Positions 60,108 to 64,000 of a stretch of DNA of 64,000 bases are shown here, one piece after another. Each line of letters opens with the position of its first letter. Position 1 is the first letter of the stretch. The DNA is from Myxococcota bacterium (GTDB taxonomy: Bacteria > Myxococcota > XYA12-FULL-58-9 > JASMKV01). The notes beneath the pieces were generated by a model, which saw nothing but the letters and a program-made list of their open reading frames with translations, ran no database searches and was not told where the DNA came from. The translations under genes were made by a program, and so were the position numbers. The stretch lies in contig JASMKV010000301.1 in assembly GCA_030749035.1 (NCBI GenBank), positions 4,523-68,522 of the forward strand, written 5' to 3'.

Positions 60108-61339
60108 ACAGCGCGCTGCTGTATCTCGTGACCTGCTTGATGTCGACGACGTAAATGATTCACCATCGTCTTTAACCGATGCACATAGGTATGCTCAGCC
60201 AAGACTCTTTGTTGTGCTCGCTCAATCACTTTAGATCTTTGCGTCTCATGGCTTCGGTAATAATCGATGAGCTCAAGCATTTCTGCAGCGTCATGGTAAA
60301 CAATCGCCTCTTCCCCGATAATAAAATGCTCTTCGACCGCACTTTGCGCATCACTCAACACGAAACCACCAGCGGCTGGCGCATCAAAAACACGCTGATT
60401 GACTGCTGTGGGCATTTGCAGGGATGTGGCGTTAAGATTGATTTTTGAAGAACGGTAGATATCGGCAAGCATCGGTCCATATTTGACCGCCCCTTGATAA
60501 TCGACACCCGGCAAGAGACGTCGCCAGCCTGGATCGCCAAAGATTTGCAGTTTACGCTCAGAAGCGGCCTTCACAAGGGCACCCCGATATTCCGCAGTCG
60601 CCAACCATGTTCCCTTGGCTACCGCCTCCCATTGCACTTTCTTTGGAAGTTTGGCCTTCGCAACCTCAAGTAACGTCGATAAAGGAATCTGACGATCGGC
60701 GCCAAGCATCGTCGCAATTTCCTGGGCCACTTTTTTTCCACGCTTGCTTAATTTTTTATCCCAGGTGCGTAATGCATACTCCATGCTGTCACCAACAAAG
60801 GTGCATTCGCGATGCAACACCGCCGGCTTCGCGCTAAAAAGATGTGGATCGGTCGCAAGCGGCAGATACTGCACATCCTGCGCACCATGCTTTTCCATGG
60901 TTTTGATCAGCGCTTTTTCCCATAAGAATATAGAACTCACGCCCGGCGCCGGTAAGCCCTTCTTGCTTTGTGAAATCACAAAATGGGGCGAGTCCACGTA
61001 CCAAACCGCCACCGGAAAATCTAAAGCCTCGAGTAAGTCGCCAACCTGACCATCCGCATCAAAACCAATATGATTGACCGCCAAAACACAATCCGGCTTA
61101 TGCTGCACCAAACCCCAAAGCAGCCCCTGCATGACGCTGGTTGTACTTTCGCCAACAGGTACACGCACAACACGATGCCCAAGTGCTTCTAAATTACCAA
61201 TCAATTCCGGATAGAGAAAATATCTGCCCTCAAGCAGCAAAAACGTATGCGTTTCACCCTTAAATTTAGGATAAGACACATTGCGCTTGATGGTGGAAAC
61301 CGCCGATGCGGGTAATATCATAGAAACTCCTCTGCACAC
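60104..61339 (-). CDS. CgeB-like glycosyltransferase (DUF3880 plus GT1-like C-terminal domain)
   Basis: The architecture and C-terminal …FDAPAAGGFVLSD…YYRSHETQR…IAE… resemble the CgeB/YkvP spore-maturation-type glycosyltransferases. No TM helices. Confidence 0.45.
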   Translation of the reverse strand: MCRGVSMILPASAVSTIKRNVSYPKFKGETHTFLLLEGRYFLYPELIGNLEALGHRVVRVPVGESTTSVMQGLLWGLVQHKPDCVLAVNHIGFDADGQVGDLLEALDFPVAVWYVDSPHFVISQSKKGLPAPGVSSIFLWEKALIKTMEKHGAQDVQYLPLATDPHLFSAKPAVLHRECTFVGDSMEYALRTWDKKLSKRGKKVAQEIATMLGADRQIPLSTLLEVAKAKLPKKVQWEAVAKGTWLATAEYRGALVKAASERKLQIFGDPGWRRLLPGVDYQGAVKYGPMLADIYRSSKINLNATSLQMPTAVNQRVFDAPAAGGFVLSDAQSAVEEHFIIGEEAIVYHDAAEMLELIDYYRSHETQRSKVIERAQQRVLAEHTYVHRLKTMVNHLRRRHQAGHEIQQRAV

Positions 61340-61479
61340 AATAAATGCAAAAGAAATGCCAATATTATGACATGCCGGCTTCTTGGTTTAGCCATTTAAA
61401 ACAGCGTGTTATCGTTTTAAGGCAAGAATCAATCTTAAAAAAAGAATCAATATTCGTCAGAAGACGGTCTTTTTAGAGG

Positions 61480-61509
61480 TCAATAAAGTCAACTTATTGA
61501 CTTTATTGA
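61480..61509. repeat. Perfect 13-bp inverted repeat (tcaataaagtcaa–ctta–ttgactttattga) overlapping the epimerase stop codon
   Basis: Read directly. The flanks lack a T-tract in the minus-strand sense, so it is not a canonical terminator. Confidence 0.8.
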
Positions 61510-62552
61510 TGCACGGAATGGGATTTTTCTATGAAATTTTGACGTAAAAGCTTGTCCTTTTGTCTGTTTTTGAGGTGTTTGCTGACACAAAGCCAAGCCA
61601 GGGTATCCACGAGCGTCTCTTCCAAAGAACGAAAATGATAGCCAAGACCCTGGGTTTTTTGCGAGCTGTACCAGAAATAAGAACCAACTTGCTGCGCCAA
61701 ATCGCGGGTGGCCATCGGTGTCTTGTTGAAGGTCTTTGCCGCAAACTCCATGAGCCCCGCCGAACTTACCGCCATGGCTTTACCCAATTGAAAACCAGGC
61801 CCCCAAGTCCCCGCCGCCTGAGAGAGCTGACGATGGATCTCCGCCCAATGAAAATTCTCTGCCGCCAAAATATAACCCTCATAGGTGCTGCCTTTTTCCG
61901 CCACCAAGATATGTCCACGCGCCACATCCTGCGCATGCACCAATGAGGCCCCGCCATGAAAAGTCAGCTTTAAAGGGTCCTGCAAATAGGTGGTGATGGT
62001 GGCCAAACTCGCACTCGGTCTAAAATCGTAAGGACCAACAATAATTCCAGGCAAAGTGCAGACCATGTCCATTTTTTTTAAGCGGGCCTGCGTGAGGGCA
62101 ATCTCCTCCTGCAACACTTTTGAGCGAAAATAATCCGGCACCTCATCCGCACTTAAACGGGCACTTTCATCGAGCAAGCGTGGTGCCGGACTTCCCCCCA
62201 ACACAGCCGTACTCGAAGTCAAAACCACACGCTTCACCCCCGCATCTTGTGCGACATCGACAAGAACTTCCGAGCCTTGCCGCGCCGTGCTCTGCATTTC
62301 TTCAAGCGAATAGCCCCAATAGGAAAACACCGCCGCGCAATGGTAAATGAGTTCACAGCCGTCCGCCGCTTTACGAAACGAAGCACGGTCACGCACATCA
62401 CCGTAGAAACGTTCAACATCAAGTCCGGCTAAAGTCTGCGTATCGCTGGTGGGGCGCACCAAAGCGTTGACCTGATGCCCTTGCGCTAAAAGCTCACGCA
62501 CCAAATGCCCGCCAAGCAAACCGTTGGCGCCGGTCACCAAAACACGTGCCAT
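61503..62552 (-). CDS. NAD-dependent epimerase/dehydratase family protein (SDR-extended; HpnA- or DFR-like)
   Basis: The N-terminal Rossmann motif MARVLVTGANGLLGGHLVRELL and the catalytic YxxxK region. Length is 349 aa. Confidence 0.7.
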   Translation of the reverse strand: MARVLVTGANGLLGGHLVRELLAQGHQVNALVRPTSDTQTLAGLDVERFYGDVRDRASFRKAADGCELIYHCAAVFSYWGYSLEEMQSTARQGSEVLVDVAQDAGVKRVVLTSSTAVLGGSPAPRLLDESARLSADEVPDYFRSKVLQEEIALTQARLKKMDMVCTLPGIIVGPYDFRPSASLATITTYLQDPLKLTFHGGASLVHAQDVARGHILVAEKGSTYEGYILAAENFHWAEIHRQLSQAAGTWGPGFQLGKAMAVSSAGLMEFAAKTFNKTPMATRDLAQQVGSYFWYSSQKTQGLGYHFRSLEETLVDTLAWLCVSKHLKNRQKDKLLRQNFIEKSHSVHQ

Positions 62553-62556
62553 GAAT

Positions 62557-64000
62557 TTAGTGCGCTAAACGCTCAAGCAATGGTGCATACCCTTGCAAGG
62601 CCAAACGTTGCATATAGAATTTGAGACCCACACGACCACCAAGCTCTTCGCCACCACCGGCACGTCCAGGGCCACCATGCATGCTTGCAGGAAGCACCGC
62701 ACCGGGACCTAAAACATGATCTGAAACTTTGCTCGAAGCCAAAAACAAACGACCCTGAAAAGAAGCCCCTGCATTCACCAAATCTGTGGTGAAGCGTTTG
62801 TCGTCGCTATAGACACTTGCCACCAGGGAGCCTTGGCCTAAGCCCAAAAGCTGCGCGCTTTGCCCAGCACTGCCATCGTAAGCCACCAATGTCGATACTG
62901 GACCAAAAACTTCCAGATTATGAATCGCCTTGGCGTTTAAACCATCACTCGCCTCTAAAAGAACCGGTGAAACAAAAGACCCCTTATCCGCATCAACAGC
63001 ATGCAATTCTCCACGACCACCGTCACCATGAATCGTTTTGGCCTCTGCTCTTAAAGCATCCAACCCAGCCTTCACATCCGTCAGTTGCTGCCCGTTATTT
63101 AAGGGCCCCATCTTGATGCCTTTTTCCGCGGGGTTGCCAACTTTGACCGCCGCCAGCTCCGCAGCCAGCGCTTCACCAACCTTAGCGACCATGGCTTCAG
63201 GTACCAAAATACGACGAATGGCCGTGCATTTTTGTCCGGCCTTCTGTGTAATTTCCTTGGCCACATCCTGAATAAAGCGATCGAAGAGTTCTGAATCATC
63301 ATCCATATCTGGACCTAAAACCGCCGCGTTCAAAGAATCTGCTTCGATCCCAACCCGCACACCCTGGCGTAAAATATTCTCATTCGAGCGAATCTTTAAT
63401 CCCGTGTCGGCACTGCCCGTAAAGGCCACCACATCCTGCCAGCTCAAATGGTCGAGCAAATCGCCAGCCGAGCCGCAGAGTAAAGAAAGCGCGCCAGAGG
63501 GCAAAACCTGATCTTCGATCAATATCTCGACCATACGCGCGGTCAAGAGCGCGGTTGAAGTTGCCGGCTTTGTCAATACAGGCATTCCCGCCAACCAAGC
63601 CACCGCCGCTTTCTCCGCAAACCCCCAAGCGGGGAAATTAAAGGCGTTAATATGCACTGCCACACCATGCAGTGGTGCCAGAACGTGCCTACCCACCATG
63701 CGCGGTGAGCGACCTAAAAGCTCGGTCTCTCCATCGGCCAGCAAGGGTGTTTCACTAAGTGTGCTCCCCAGCTTCGCATAATAGGCAAGGGTTCCGGTCG
63801 CCCCATCCACATCAAATTTTGCATCACCACGGGTATTGCCACCATTGAGCGTACTTAAATCAAGAAGTTCATCACGATGGGCATGCAGGGCCTTGGATGC
63901 CTTGCCCAAAAGCTCAGCGCGTTGCGCAAAACTTAAAGCACGCAAGTCCGGCCCACCCGTATCACGGGCATAAGCCAAAGCGCCTGCCATATCGATGCCA
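62557..64000 (-). CDS. PaaZ-N-terminal-like NADP-dependent aldehyde dehydrogenase (oxepin-CoA / 3-oxo-5,6-dehydrosuberyl-CoA semialdehyde dehydrogenase type). It has the ALDH domain only, and its N-terminus runs past the window end
   Basis: Strong collinearity with the E. coli PaaZ ALDH domain as recalled from memory: …VAVHINAFNFPAWG…, …LLCGSAGDLLDHL…, …KAGQKCTAIRRI…, …VHGGPGRAGGGEELGG… The conserved N-terminus starts about 50 aa beyond the ORF start, so the gene continues off-window. Confidence 0.75.
   Translation of the reverse strand, partial: GIDMAGALAYARDTGGPDLRALSFAQRAELLGKASKALHAHRDELLDLSTLNGGNTRGDAKFDVDGATGTLAYYAKLGSTLSETPLLADGETELLGRSPRMVGRHVLAPLHGVAVHINAFNFPAWGFAEKAAVAWLAGMPVLTKPATSTALLTARMVEILIEDQVLPSGALSLLCGSAGDLLDHLSWQDVVAFTGSADTGLKIRSNENILRQGVRVGIEADSLNAAVLGPDMDDDSELFDRFIQDVAKEITQKAGQKCTAIRRILVPEAMVAKVGEALAAELAAVKVGNPAEKGIKMGPLNNGQQLTDVKAGLDALRAEAKTIHGDGGRGELHAVDADKGSFVSPVLLEASDGLNAKAIHNLEVFGPVSTLVAYDGSAGQSAQLLGLGQGSLVASVYSDDKRFTTDLVNAGASFQGRLFLASSKVSDHVLGPGAVLPASMHGGPGRAGGGEELGGRVGLKFYMQRLALQGYAPLLERLAH

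Overview
This 64 kb window is a gene-dense chromosomal segment from a Gram-negative (diderm) bacterium of about 48–50% GC. Roughly 90% of it is coding. I saw no rRNA, tRNA, CRISPR array, transposase or integrase. The gene content suggests a delta-proteobacteria-type lineage such as Myxococcota or Bdellovibrionota: there is a sigma-54 activator with an N-terminal FHA domain, a split atpI-atpB-atpE module, an FGE-family protein, and exosortase-like and CPBP membrane proteases. This lineage call is inference only.

Most of the window is housekeeping. It holds a partial lolC/E permease and a long envelope-biogenesis cluster running tamB-like, Omp85/tamA-like, kdsB, pyrG, kdsA, lpxL-like, lptA-like, lptB and rpoN. 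It also holds atpI/B/E, uvrA, ahcY, dnaE, gltA, a PCD/DCoH dehydratase, lhgO with an aldehyde dehydrogenase, and a PaaZ-like aldehyde dehydrogenase that runs off the 3' edge.

The accessory content worth a second look is as follows.

1. The most unusual locus (53144–57852) sits between dnaE and PCD/gltA. It holds two tandem paralogous genes encoding 882 aa and 638 aa proteins. Each has an N-terminal low-complexity segment rich in basic, Pro/Ala/Thr or Asn/Thr residues, and the first carries an in-frame 12-bp ×7 coding tandem repeat. Both share a conserved C-terminal module of about 500 aa. Its second half carries a motif set (ExExK, RxR…K, RxE, ExExxxD, ExDxE) consistent with a CYTH-type triphosphate-tunnel metalloenzyme fold. 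I regard this pair as a candidate undescribed secreted effector family.
2. An orphan 517-aa effector-like protein sits between a bidirectional terminator and an AT-rich spacer.
3. Two sulfatase-like proteins have Thr, not Cys/Ser, at the FGly position, despite a nearby FGE-family gene.
4. A membrane-protein island (42353–47687) holds an outer-membrane β-barrel with an acidic repeat, a large CPBP-fusion protease, a DUF955/ImmA-like HExxH protein, and an exosortase-family protein with no PEP-CTERM substrate in view.
5. An unannotated 51-aa HicB/UPF0150-like ORF lies between ahcY and dnaE.

All functional calls come from motifs read by eye. None has been confirmed by search.
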